Assembly (NCBI GenBank): GCA_031386985.1
Contig: JANNCV010000005.1
Coordinates: 2,049-66,048 of the forward strand
From: Armatimonadota bacterium
GTDB lineage: Bacteria; Armatimonadota; Fimbriimonadia; Fimbriimonadales; Fimbriimonadaceae
DNA: 64,000 nucleotides
Direction of reading: 5' to 3'
The position numbers were made by a program, and so were the translations under genes. Below are positions 45,423 through 53,754 of the stretch, one piece after another. How positions within the stretch are numbered: position 1 is the first letter of the stretch; the number at the start of each line of letters is the position of its first letter. The notes beneath the pieces are model-generated. The model worked only from the letters and a program-made list of their open reading frames with translations. It had not been told where the DNA came from and searched no databases.

Positions 45423-46241
45423 TTAAAGTCCGTCGATCTGCCGAACAGACTCCTTGCACCACCAGTCAAGGTAGCTGCCGATCAGCCAGCTTACGTCATT
45501 GCCTAAGGTCGTGACCCTGTATGTTGGTAACGAAGTGGTCAGTTCCTGGGCGTTCATCGCTGGCGTGAAGAGGATGTCGCCACTTCCGTCTTCCTCAATG
45601 ACGTGGGCGTAGTAGTAGCGTTCGTGGATCGCGCTGTTCCGATGATCAATGATTTCTTCCAACCTCGATTTGACCAAGCCGGACTGATCGCGAAGCCAAG
45701 TTCGGACCTGTCCGGCATGGATGTGCGTGCGCCGCCTACCCCGTTGCGGTATTCCGGGCCAGAGCTGGGGGGACCGCTCGTTAAGTCGTATAGTGATTCG
45801 CGCCATTCGATCTTCCACGCCTGCTGCAAGAGCGATAATGGTGATGAAATGGATGGACAGTTCGCGCTCCATCCTGAGTGCCTCCCCTCCCCTAACTGCG
45901 TAGTGGTCATCGAAGGGAGTCGCATCAAAGCGCTCGCTCGGTACGTATTCGCCGGTCCTCTTTGCAAGTGCGTGAAACTCGTTGGCTAAGGCGCCCATCT
46001 TCCGATGGGTATGGCGAAGGTCCACTTCAAGTTGCTCAAGGTCGGCCATGTCAGTCGAATCGAGGTTTCTGAACTTGAGAAACTCCGCGACTCTACGACC
46101 CTCAGTAAAGCAAATGGTGCAAAAATTTGCGGTGCCGGGATCGAGCGTGTAATAGTAAGCTCTTCGCACGGCTCTAGTGTACTTAGCAGTTTGAAAATTT
46201 CGAGGCTTCAACCTCCAAACGTCGTTCTCCTCGAATGACAT
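45423..46241 (-). CDS. hypothetical protein with HEPN-like R-N-x-x-x-H motif
   Basis: 'LEEIIDHRNSAIHERYYY' has RNSAIH encoded at 45624-45641. No other recognisable domain was seen, and the gene is lower in GC than its neighbours. Confidence 0.6.
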   Translation of the reverse strand: MSFEENDVWRLKPRNFQTAKYTRAVRRAYYYTLDPGTANFCTICFTEGRRVAEFLKFRNLDSTDMADLEQLEVDLRHTHRKMGALANEFHALAKRTGEYVPSERFDATPFDDHYAVRGGEALRMERELSIHFITIIALAAGVEDRMARITIRLNERSPQLWPGIPQRGRRRTHIHAGQVRTWLRDQSGLVKSRLEEIIDHRNSAIHERYYYAHVIEEDGSGDILFTPAMNAQELTTSLPTYRVTTLGNDVSWLIGSYLDWWCKESVRQIDGL

Positions 46242-47145
46242 CTGGGTTCACTGGTGGGAACCATTGAGGGTTGGTCGCCCAATACGCTTTAGTCGTATCG
46301 TCGTCAACGAAGTGATTGAGCAAAGCCGCGTCGGAAAGGATGCGGCGGTAGACCTCTTTGCAAATGATCTCCGCGTCTGAGCATCTTGCGACGATCCGAT
46401 CTTCAGCCTGCTTCGCCGTCTCATTTGGCTTAACCAGATCCGAGAATGCCTTGACGTGCGCGACATTGCTTCGGATATCGTAAAGATCTTCAAGTAACTC
46501 TTTATTTGGCGATGATTTACCTATCATCACTTGCGCTTTCTCAACGAACGACGGTTTACCCTCATGTTTCTGACCGGCTTGTGTCGCTTCCAGGGCACGC
46601 GCAAAGAAGAACGCCCGGTCATCACAGGACCGCTCGGCAAGCCCCGAGCATATGGAAACCAAACCCTTCCTGAACCTCCTAAAGTCCTTAGAAAGGATCC
46701 GATCAATCCCCACAAGAACGGACTCCGCTTGCGATATTCGTGATCGGTCAACAAGGGTATAGGGTTGGCCATCGGTTTGCATCCACGGCCCGGCCTCGGA
46801 GTAACGCCTTAGATTCTCTTCCCCGTCCACGACCGATGAGCTTAAGATGACCGGTGCGGAATTAAAACGAACGCCGGTGAGCATCAACGACATTGTGAAT
46901 CGCCATGCGCGCTCGACCAGTTGGCTATGCTCCTGGTCGAGAATATTTGGCTTTTCAGACTCCATCGATGCGACGATTAAAAGGTCGCACTCATGTAACT
47001 GCTCCAACTTCCACTTGCCCAGTCCTTCAACCCAAAAGGGAGAGTCAATCGTTACATCGCGGCGCAACTCGATGCCAGACCCGAGTTCTATGGGTAGCTC
47101 CAACTGGAGAAAGGGTAGCTGCAGACCGACGTAGCCGCATTTCAT
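46183..47145 (-). CDS. hypothetical protein with HEPN-like R-x4-H motif
   Basis: 'LLEDLYDIRSNVAHVKAF' has RSNVAH encoded at 46456-46473. The start is placed at the ATG at 47145 ('MKCGYVGL'), because the ORF-track N-terminus (to 47337) is made of the 175-bp repeat. It overlaps the downstream gene by 59 nt. Confidence 0.6.
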   Translation of the reverse strand: MKCGYVGLQLPFLQLELPIELGSGIELRRDVTIDSPFWVEGLGKWKLEQLHECDLLIVASMESEKPNILDQEHSQLVERAWRFTMSLMLTGVRFNSAPVILSSSVVDGEENLRRYSEAGPWMQTDGQPYTLVDRSRISQAESVLVGIDRILSKDFRRFRKGLVSICSGLAERSCDDRAFFFARALEATQAGQKHEGKPSFVEKAQVMIGKSSPNKELLEDLYDIRSNVAHVKAFSDLVKPNETAKQAEDRIVARCSDAEIICKEVYRRILSDAALLNHFVDDDTTKAYWATNPQWFPPVNPDVIRGERRLEVEASKFSNC

Positions 47146-47182
47146 CTGTTGATCGATTCTAGCATTCAGTGAGCTACGCGCA

Positions 47183-47357
47183 CCTCGCGCCATACGACGC
47201 CCCTTGGCCGTATGGCGCAGCTTGGAATCATTGGGAGTAAACTCGCATCGGGCAAAGCCGTTCGGATGAATTGGAAATGAAAGCTGATTACGACAGCGCC
47301 ACACGTGAGCCGCGTGCCGGGACAATCCGGTCGGCACGAGAGCGTATGGAGCGAGGG
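47183..47357 (+). repeat. about 175-bp MITE-like repeat, copy 1, with terminal inverted repeats CCTCGCGCCATACG / CGTATGGAGCGAGG
   Basis: It is a near-identical direct copy of 48873..49049. It has an internal hairpin GCGCCATACG-12nt-CGTATGGCGC at its 5' end. Confidence 0.8.
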
Positions 47358-47474
47358 ACCGTAAGGCTCCCCAAGCATTTGTGAGAGAGGAACAGGCACA
47401 TTCAGCAGTGGCTAACGCCGCTCCAACGCCCCATCGCCCACTCCGGCACCCGCTCGTCTCTCCCAGTTCCGGGC

Positions 47475-48794
47475 CTACCGCGGGCCTGCGGCGATGAAGG
47501 TGAAGCCCGTATCGAGCTTTGCTCCTGCGACATTGAAATTGATGATCCGAACGATTGACGTTGAGACGGAGGCGATGACCACGACTTCTGGGGCAGTTAC
47601 AGCACCCGACGTCGCCGTCACGACCGGGATATCGGCAAACGGCGTCGTGAAAGTGATTGTGTAGTCACCGATCGCCTCACCGGCCGTGCGTGCAATCGTC
47701 CAGCCCGTTCCGTGGGTGGCCGTCAAATTGTTAGTTCTCCCACGGATTATCCGGAGATTTTCACCCCCCTCGCTGGCCACGGCGTCGAACTCTCCCGTTG
47801 GGCCAAGCCTAATGTCGCCGCGGACATCGAGCTTTGCGGTTGGAGAGGTCGTGCCGATTCCGACGCCGTTATCATCAATGCGCATTCTCTCGGATCCGTT
47901 TGTTGTAAATCCCAAGACGCCGGACCCCTCCTTAAACAGCCCGGTGTTGGGATCATTGAGAAAGGACAGCGCTGGCACCAGGCTACTTCCGTTAGAGAGG
48001 AGCACTGGACTTGAGAAGATGTTCAAAGCAGTGAACGTGTTCGCTGCATTCTTCAAGGGCACGTTGCTCGAAAGGCGAGCATCGGCAAGCGTGCCCGAGG
48101 CGAGGTTGGAAGCACTCAGGCCTGTCAGCTGGAAGCCATTGCCAAAGAAAGTGTTCGCAGGGTTGCTAAAGTTGTTCTGCCCTGTCCAGGCGTTCAGACT
48201 GTTCAACAGTCCGACATTGCCGGAAAGCCGCGCATCGGCGACATTGCCTGTCGCAAGATTGGTTGCGTTCAGGGCCGTCAGTCCCGAGCCGTTGCCAGAG
48301 ATGATGCCCTCGGCGTGCATGTTGCCTTCGCTATAAACGCCAAACCCATCCGGGCTCACGGCTTTGCCTTTTACGCCAAAGTTCACTCCCGTCGTGGCTC
48401 TGGCTTGGCCGAAGATGCCGTTGCCGATGATCGAGTCTGAAGTAAAGAACCCGCCGAAGTTCGTGCCGTTCGTAGCGGCGGCAATACCGCCGACGGCTCG
48501 GCCCTGGGCGCTGAAGGTTTGGAACAGCCCCCCAAAGTTCGGCCCCGTTGTTGCGCTTGCATTCCCCAGAATCGCCCGCCCATTCGGGCTGGCGGTGCGA
48601 AAGTCTCCGGCGATGACTTGGCCGGTGGGAACGGTCGAGTTGGCAACGAACTGCCCGGCTTTCGAGGTGCCGGAGATGTTCGAGTGCCCGACTTGCAAAG
48701 TGCCGGGGGTGGTGGCTTGTAGGTTGACGGAGCCTTGGAAGGCGACAGTGCCACCGATGGCAGCGATTGATGTGAGTAAAGCGTATCGTTTCAT
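47475..48794 (-). CDS. secreted Gly-rich repeat tail-fibre-like protein, family member 3 (different C-terminal module, H-type-lectin-like by eye)
   Basis: It shares the family N-terminus 'AFQGSVNLQATTPGTLQVGHSNISGTSKAG'. It has 'GNGSGLTALNATNLATGNVADARLSGNV' and 'LTGLSASNLASGTLADARLSSNV' tail-fibre-type repeats. Its C-terminus 'YTITFTTPFADIPVVTATS...GFTFIAAG' replaces the FRIDHP domain. Confidence 0.8.
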   Translation of the reverse strand: MKRYALLTSIAAIGGTVAFQGSVNLQATTPGTLQVGHSNISGTSKAGQFVANSTVPTGQVIAGDFRTASPNGRAILGNASATTGPNFGGLFQTFSAQGRAVGGIAAATNGTNFGGFFTSDSIIGNGIFGQARATTGVNFGVKGKAVSPDGFGVYSEGNMHAEGIISGNGSGLTALNATNLATGNVADARLSGNVGLLNSLNAWTGQNNFSNPANTFFGNGFQLTGLSASNLASGTLADARLSSNVPLKNAANTFTALNIFSSPVLLSNGSSLVPALSFLNDPNTGLFKEGSGVLGFTTNGSERMRIDDNGVGIGTTSPTAKLDVRGDIRLGPTGEFDAVASEGGENLRIIRGRTNNLTATHGTGWTIARTAGEAIGDYTITFTTPFADIPVVTATSGAVTAPEVVVIASVSTSIVRIINFNVAGAKLDTGFTFIAAGPR

Positions 48795-48872
48795 ATAAGT
48801 AGTTATCCTCCGAGTAGGAACTTATATCTTAGCCGAGAAACTCGCAAAATGCAAGTTTGGACAGCTCCGCGT

Positions 48873-49049
48873 CCTCGCGCCATACGACGCCCCTTGGCCG
48901 TGTGGCGCAGACTGGAATCACTGTGAGTAAACTCCCATCAGTCTAAGCTAGAGGATGAATTGGAAAATGAAAGCTGATTACGACAGCGCCACACGTGAGC
49001 CGCGTGCCGGGACAATCCGGTCGGCAGAAGGGCATATGGGGCGAGGGGC
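48873..49049 (+). repeat. about 175-bp MITE-like repeat, copy 2
   Basis: It aligns with 47183..47357 end to end, including the block 'gaaagctgattacgacagcgccacacgtgagccgcgtgccgggacaatccggtcggca'. Confidence 0.8.
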
Positions 49050-49111
49050 CCGAAGGTGTTCAAATGCTGGAACGCGGGTAACTTGCCGGCATTGGGATTA
49101 TGAGGATTCTT

Positions 49112-49357
49112 ATGAAATTATCAAAACTTACTGCTTGCTTGTGTTTCGTTTTCTTGCAAGGCATTGTGTTCGCGCAAGTTGGAAGCTCAATTTCGCTTCC
49201 CCGTGTAGACTCCGCACGGTGTGCGCGACAGGAAATTGATTCTCAATATCAGCGGTGCGAAGGAACTTCGATTGGAAGGAAACTTGTCGAGCCACATTTC
49301 GAATGTGCCACAAGGGTTCGGGGTAATTTCAAATTATCTCTGCGATTCGAATCGTAA
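49112..49357 (+). CDS. possible small secreted Cys-containing protein (speculative ORF)
   Basis: The ATG lies 5 nt after GAGGA. It has a signal-like 'MKLSKLTACLCFVFLQGIVFAQ' and sits in an AT-rich patch. Its 3' end runs into the 21-bp array, so coding status is doubtful. Confidence 0.25.
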   Translation: MKLSKLTACLCFVFLQGIVFAQVGSSISLPRVDSARCARQEIDSQYQRCEGTSIGRKLVEPHFECATRVRGNFKLSLRFES

Positions 49358-49449
49358 CTCTTGTGATTCGCGAAATTGTTTGGACGATTCGACTCATAAC
49401 CCGTGCGACGCCCGAAATTGTCTGTCCAATTCGCGAAACACTCAATCAG
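49326..49449. repeat. second 21-bp tandem array (about 6 units), homologous to units 6-10 of 45082..45291
   Basis: The units include ATTCGAATCGTAACTCTTGTG, ATTCGCGAAATTGTTTGGACG, ATTCGACTCATAACCCGTGCG, ACGCCCGAAATTGTCTGTCCA and ATTCGCGAAACACTCAATCAG. It is followed by the same about 90-bp tail (CAGCAGGTGTAAAC...ACAGCGC.ACACACCCAGGGGGATTGTATGGCACGAAGTGCGCG) as the first array. Confidence 0.85.
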
Positions 49450-49573
49450 CAGGTGTAAACTCAAAGACCGACGATGAATTCAACAGCGCAACACACCCAG
49501 GGGGATTGTATGGCACGAAGTGCGCGCAGCTCGCTCAAACGAAACAAGTGAACACTTCAGCCAGCTAAGACCG

Positions 49574-51553
49574 CTATTTTGCCTTCGCCTTGCTACGCGA
49601 TGCCTCCGGAGACGGCTTGGTCAGCTTCCTCGCCCGCTCTGGATCGTAGTTCATTCCCCGCTCGGGGCCGAGGCCGTAGAGTTCAGGGTGCTGGTAGGTT
49701 CCTCTTTCTCGCCCTTCCTTGTCTATCTCAACCTTGGGTGGGCGGTTGCGCACGTAGAGGTCGTTGCGGTCGGCTTCTACTCGCCATGAGACTTTGGTGT
49801 TGGGAGCGCTGGTTCTGATCTGGAACCCGATAGAGATGATCCCCGGCTGGACAGAAACGCCCTCTTTGGGGATGGGTGGCAACTGGATCTCTTCGCTAAC
49901 CATGGCCTGAACAAAGTCTTTGCCGCGGCTTACCACCGTCAACTGATACTTGAAGTTCGTATTGATCTCGGCGAAGTAATCGGGAAGCTCGACCCAGGCA
50001 TATCCCTTGGCATCGGTTGTGATATTCCCGCTGTAAAAGTTCTGCGGCATGGGACTCTCGGCGGCATAGTGAAGCAGATACTTGTTTTCGGGGTCAAATG
50101 GATGGTCTATTCGGAACGGCTTCGTCCCGCTCGCTCCCATATTGCCAATGGAATAAACGCCGAATCCTGCCGCGCTATCACTTTGCCCGATGGCACCGTA
50201 GTTCGCACCAGAAGTAGAGGTTGCCCGTCCAAAAAGCGCATATCCGGTTGCGCTAGCATTCCTTCCATCAATGCCCGCAAAGCCCGAGGTGGTCAGCCCC
50301 CAAATTGCCGTGTCGGAGGCGGAAACCACGGTTGCGCCCCGGCCCGTTCCAGTGTTTGTGATGGAGACGGCGTCGGGGCCGACACCCGTGAAGTGTCCTG
50401 CATATCCTTGCGAGCTATTGCTCAGGCCCTGGATGCCAAAGGAGACCCCCGATGCGGATGAGGCGTAGCCGAAGACTCCGCGACCATCTGGGCTCAAACT
50501 CTCGAACCTGCCGCCATACGTGAGGCCGCTCGCGGTGTTGGCCAATGCCGAGATACCCATAGATCCGCCAGTCGCGCTCACACCGACAGTCCCGCCTTGC
50601 GAGAGCACGCCAGGACCCCCTGCGCTACTGGCAAAGACTCCATACGCATTGCCGATTGCGCGTACACCAGTTCCCCCCAAGCCATCGAACCAACCGCCGT
50701 AGGTGACAGCGGAGCCGGGTCCGCCCTGGCCGAAGATTCCTACCCCGAGCACACTGTCGGTCCGCCCATAAACGCCATAATTTAGGCCGAAGGTAGCGGG
50801 CGCATGGCCGTAGACACCGCGCCCGGTCTGGCTATTGGTCATGCCGTGCACCCCGTAGTTGAGGCCGCTGGTCGCGCTCGCGAGGGCGAAAACGCCAATC
50901 CCACTTGGACTCTTGGACTCGCCGGACACCCCAACATTTGTCGCGGCGGTGCTGTGGGCAATACCCTGTACGGCGGTCGCGAAGAAGGCGCCATTGCTGG
51001 TGCTGGCCTGAATTGTCCAAACCTCACTTCCCGTAAGTACAAGTGGTCCGTCACCCGAAATGACCCCCGTTGCGTGCATATTGCCTTCAGAAAAGACGCC
51101 AAATCCACTTGGGCTCACGGCTTTGCCATAAACTCCATAGGTCGTACCGGTCGCGCTCGTGGCTTGCCCATAGAGTCCTCGCCCCTGGTTACTCAAGCTG
51201 CTGAAGAAGCCACCGTAAGTGGTTCCGGATGAGTTTTGGGCGATTCCGGCTACACCGCGCCCAGCGTTGCTGAAGTTTTGGAACAGACCACCATAGGTCG
51301 CGCCTGTAGTCGAGGAAGCATTGCCAAGCAAAGCCCGCCCTTCATTGCTGGCGGCCCGGAAGTCTCCGCCAAAGGTTTGACCGGTTGGAGTAGTGCTATA
51401 CCCCACCATCGAGCCCGCCTTAGCCGTGCCGGTGATATTAAGGTGCCCAGTCTGTGGGGTCCCGGGAGTTGTAGCTTGTAAGTTGACTGAGCCTTGGAAG
51501 GCAACGGTGCCGCCAACTACGGCGGTGACAACCAATAGTGCATGTTTTTTCAT
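49574..51553 (-). CDS. secreted Gly-rich repeat tail-fibre-like protein, family member 4, with 'FRIDHPFDPENKY' C-terminal domain
   Basis: 'MKKHALLVVTAVVGGTVAFQGSVNLQATTPGTPQTGHLNITGTAKAG' is the family N-terminus. The C-terminal domain matches members 1 and 2 but has an extra insert 'EEIQLPPIPKEGVSVQPGIISIG'. The start is set at the ATG at 51553. Confidence 0.8.
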   Translation of the reverse strand: MKKHALLVVTAVVGGTVAFQGSVNLQATTPGTPQTGHLNITGTAKAGSMVGYSTTPTGQTFGGDFRAASNEGRALLGNASSTTGATYGGLFQNFSNAGRGVAGIAQNSSGTTYGGFFSSLSNQGRGLYGQATSATGTTYGVYGKAVSPSGFGVFSEGNMHATGVISGDGPLVLTGSEVWTIQASTSNGAFFATAVQGIAHSTAATNVGVSGESKSPSGIGVFALASATSGLNYGVHGMTNSQTGRGVYGHAPATFGLNYGVYGRTDSVLGVGIFGQGGPGSAVTYGGWFDGLGGTGVRAIGNAYGVFASSAGGPGVLSQGGTVGVSATGGSMGISALANTASGLTYGGRFESLSPDGRGVFGYASSASGVSFGIQGLSNSSQGYAGHFTGVGPDAVSITNTGTGRGATVVSASDTAIWGLTTSGFAGIDGRNASATGYALFGRATSTSGANYGAIGQSDSAAGFGVYSIGNMGASGTKPFRIDHPFDPENKYLLHYAAESPMPQNFYSGNITTDAKGYAWVELPDYFAEINTNFKYQLTVVSRGKDFVQAMVSEEIQLPPIPKEGVSVQPGIISIGFQIRTSAPNTKVSWRVEADRNDLYVRNRPPKVEIDKEGRERGTYQHPELYGLGPERGMNYDPERARKLTKPSPEASRSKAKAK

Positions 51554-51912
51554 GGTTGTTTCCATTGTAGCCCGAACCCCAAGCACGGGCGAAGGTCGCT
51601 TACTTCTTGCCTTTGCCGCGATTTACCGGTTGGACAATGCTCCGGCTTCTGTGTCAGCCGATTCTGTTGTATCCGCGAAGCTGATCATGGGGCAATGATT
51701 TCTCGCGACTCAAGCCGAACAGTTCGAGATGCGGGGCATCATGAGGCACGAGGGCGTGTAGCTCCCCCAAAGTTTGGAGCTATCAAAGGTTGGCTCAGAA
51801 GCCTTGAAGGCAGTATTGGACGCGATTCATAACCCAGAACGACGGATCTATTAGAAGTCAGTCCGAATGATTTCGCAGGAAAACCGCATGTCGGGCCATA
51901 CTCCTGTTGCAA

Positions 51913-52410
51913 ATGCTCATCATTTTTGCAGGCCTGCCAGGAGCCGGGAAAACTTCCATCGCTCGCGAACTCTCCCGTGAATTGAGAGCAGTGTTTTTGC
52001 GTGTCGATACCGTTGAACAGGCGATGCGCCAATACGGATTCACAAACAGCCAGATAGGCGGAACGGGCTATGAGGTGGCACTTAGATGTGCTGCCGAGAA
52101 TCTACGCCTAGGACAAACCGTTGTGATTGACTCGGTGAACCCTTGGCAACTCACTCGCGACGGGTACCGTGAGGTGGCTTCAGATGCTGGGACGAACTAT
52201 CTGGACGTTGAAGTGATTTGCTCAGAAAGAGAGGTGCACCGGAGACGCGTCCAACTCCGTGAAGTGGACATTCCGGGCCTGCAGCCGCCAACGTGGGAGC
52301 AGGTCCTGAATAGGGACTACCATGCTTGGGACATCGAGCCCCTGCGCATCGACACCGCCAACGTCACCATCGAGGAAGCCGTTCGCCTGATTATCAGGGC
52401 AATGGGCTAG
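51913..52410 (+). CDS. P-loop kinase-like ATP-binding protein (AAA_33-like)
   Basis: It has Walker A 'GLPGAGKTSIAREL' and a small ~165-aa kinase fold pattern. The substrate is unknown. Confidence 0.65.
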   Translation: MLIIFAGLPGAGKTSIARELSRELRAVFLRVDTVEQAMRQYGFTNSQIGGTGYEVALRCAAENLRLGQTVVIDSVNPWQLTRDGYREVASDAGTNYLDVEVICSEREVHRRRVQLREVDIPGLQPPTWEQVLNRDYHAWDIEPLRIDTANVTIEEAVRLIIRAMG

Positions 52411-52486
52411 CACTCTTGTTTAAGCGGGCGACCGCCATGCTCGAAGCGACGTCAAAATGGACGACTTTTTAAGGGCTAGGAGCCAA

Positions 52487-52532
52487 AAATGCCCCACCTC
52501 AAGATCAAAAGGGGTGGGGCATTTTGTTTTTT
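52487..52532. terminator. bidirectional rho-independent terminator
   Basis: AAATGCCCCACC-13nt-GGTGGGGCATTT is followed by TGTTTTTT and preceded by an A-run. Confidence 0.8.
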
Positions 52533-52608
52533 ATCCCGCACTATCCCCCCAATCCCTTAGAGGGGCGAGATCGCGCTTTGGGGCTTTCCTAGGGGTAAGT
52601 CATTTTTC

Positions 52609-53220
52609 TTAACGGGACACTCCTCCCCCCACAAAGTGGGACTCAAGCGGATGGGTAGAAATCGTGCCGTGGTACTTGGCGAGGATGTCGCAAATCTCAT
52701 CGCAATCCACCTTTTCATTGGTAGGAGAAACGGTGACGAGGGCGCCGCCGGCTCGAAGGACGGCATCATAAGTTTCGGTATGCGAGGGGGAAACGCCTTG
52801 ATCCTTCAAGTACCCCGTGACTCCACCGGCAACGGCTCCGGCGGCGGTCGCTCCCGCTACTCCGCCGAGGGCCAGGGCAAGCGCGCCTCCGCCGATGACC
52901 AAGCCAACTCCGGGGATAAGAACGGCGGCAAGGGCGGCAAGGGTGCCGGCGGCCAGCCCGATTCCAGCTCCTTTCGCTGCTCCAATTTCGGCATCGGCCA
53001 TGGTGGTTGTGGTGATTCCCGACTTTGCCATCGCTTCGGATCGGTCCTCGTCCGGCACTTCGTCGTTATCCACCTTATGATTGGGATGGTAGCTTGGATA
53101 GGTGTATCCCTCGGGGAATATGATGCTCAGATGCTCGGCGCGAATGCCATGATCGAGCAAGGCTCCGACGGCTTGCTCGGCGTTCTTAGGGTCGGCGAAT
53201 GTTGCGTATGTGTTTTTCAT
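52609..53220 (-). CDS. glycine-zipper membrane protein, general-stress-like, hypothetical
   Basis: It has a central 'GAAKGAGIGLAAGTLAALAAVLIPGVGLVIGGGALALALGGVAGATAAGAVAGGVTG' glycine zipper flanked by small soluble domains. Confidence 0.6.
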   Translation of the reverse strand: MKNTYATFADPKNAEQAVGALLDHGIRAEHLSIIFPEGYTYPSYHPNHKVDNDEVPDEDRSEAMAKSGITTTTMADAEIGAAKGAGIGLAAGTLAALAAVLIPGVGLVIGGGALALALGGVAGATAAGAVAGGVTGYLKDQGVSPSHTETYDAVLRAGGALVTVSPTNEKVDCDEICDILAKYHGTISTHPLESHFVGGGVSR

Positions 53221-53241
53221 TGTTTTGTTCCTTTTTGGTGG

Positions 53242-53754
53242 TTAGCGGCTTGCGCCGACGGGGGTCATGTTGGCGGCCGGGTTTACTTTTGTGGCCGCCA
53301 GTTTGCTTAGGTTCTCGTTTGCGTTCGATTCTTCTCCAAGAGATTGGGTCAAAAGCGAAGCCTGATCGCCATAGCCTAGAGTCTTTGCGAATGCGCGCGT
53401 CGTTTCGTATGCGGCCATCTCATAGTGCTCAACTCGCCGACAGACTCCGATAAGGGCGGCGTCTCGCACCGCACCTTTTTCGATGTCGCCAATGGCATAT
53501 GTGCCTTCCTTGATCAAGCCTTTCATCGCTTCGCAGGTTTTGGCTTGGGCCAGTTCCCCGGCGAGTTCGAAAACTTCCTTAAGTCGCTCAATATGACCTT
53601 CAGTCTCTTTGAGGTGGGATGTTAAGGTCGCGGCGAGTTCTTTCGATTCGACGGCCGCGATGATGTTTGGGAGTGCCCGGACGAGCTGGGCTTCGGCACT
53701 GAGTAGATCCTCTAACTCGTTAACGTATAGGTTTCTCAAGGTGGTTTGTTTCAT
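53242..53754 (-). CDS. ferritin-like DUF892 (YciE/YciF family) stress protein
   Basis: 'LRNLYVNELEDLLSAEAQLVRALP' and 'SHLKETEGHIERLKEVFE' are typical of YciE/YciF. Confidence 0.8.
   Translation of the reverse strand: MKQTTLRNLYVNELEDLLSAEAQLVRALPNIIAAVESKELAATLTSHLKETEGHIERLKEVFELAGELAQAKTCEAMKGLIKEGTYAIGDIEKGAVRDAALIGVCRRVEHYEMAAYETTRAFAKTLGYGDQASLLTQSLGEESNANENLSKLAATKVNPAANMTPVGASR

Noticed and set aside
45053-45469. This is a 138-aa minus-strand ORF (with a nested 70-aa ORF) running through the 21-bp tandem array.
   Set aside because: Its 'NRTDNFANR...' heptad sequence is just the translation of the 21-bp DNA repeat. It has no RBS, and the homologous array at 49.3 kb does not keep the frame. 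It is treated as non-coding repeat.
47146-47337. This is the N-terminal 64 codons of ORF 46183..47337.
   Set aside because: The segment is the about 175-bp MITE-like repeat, which is duplicated at 48873..49049 in a non-coding context. The start was therefore moved to 47145. The exact start remains uncertain, because there is no SD before 47145.
40401-51586. I considered whether the island is a prophage tail module or tailocin.
   Set aside because: Although the proteins are tail-fibre-like, there are no capsid, terminase, portal, baseplate, sheath/tube, integrase or lysis genes in or around the region. All four fibre-like proteins also have Sec signal peptides.
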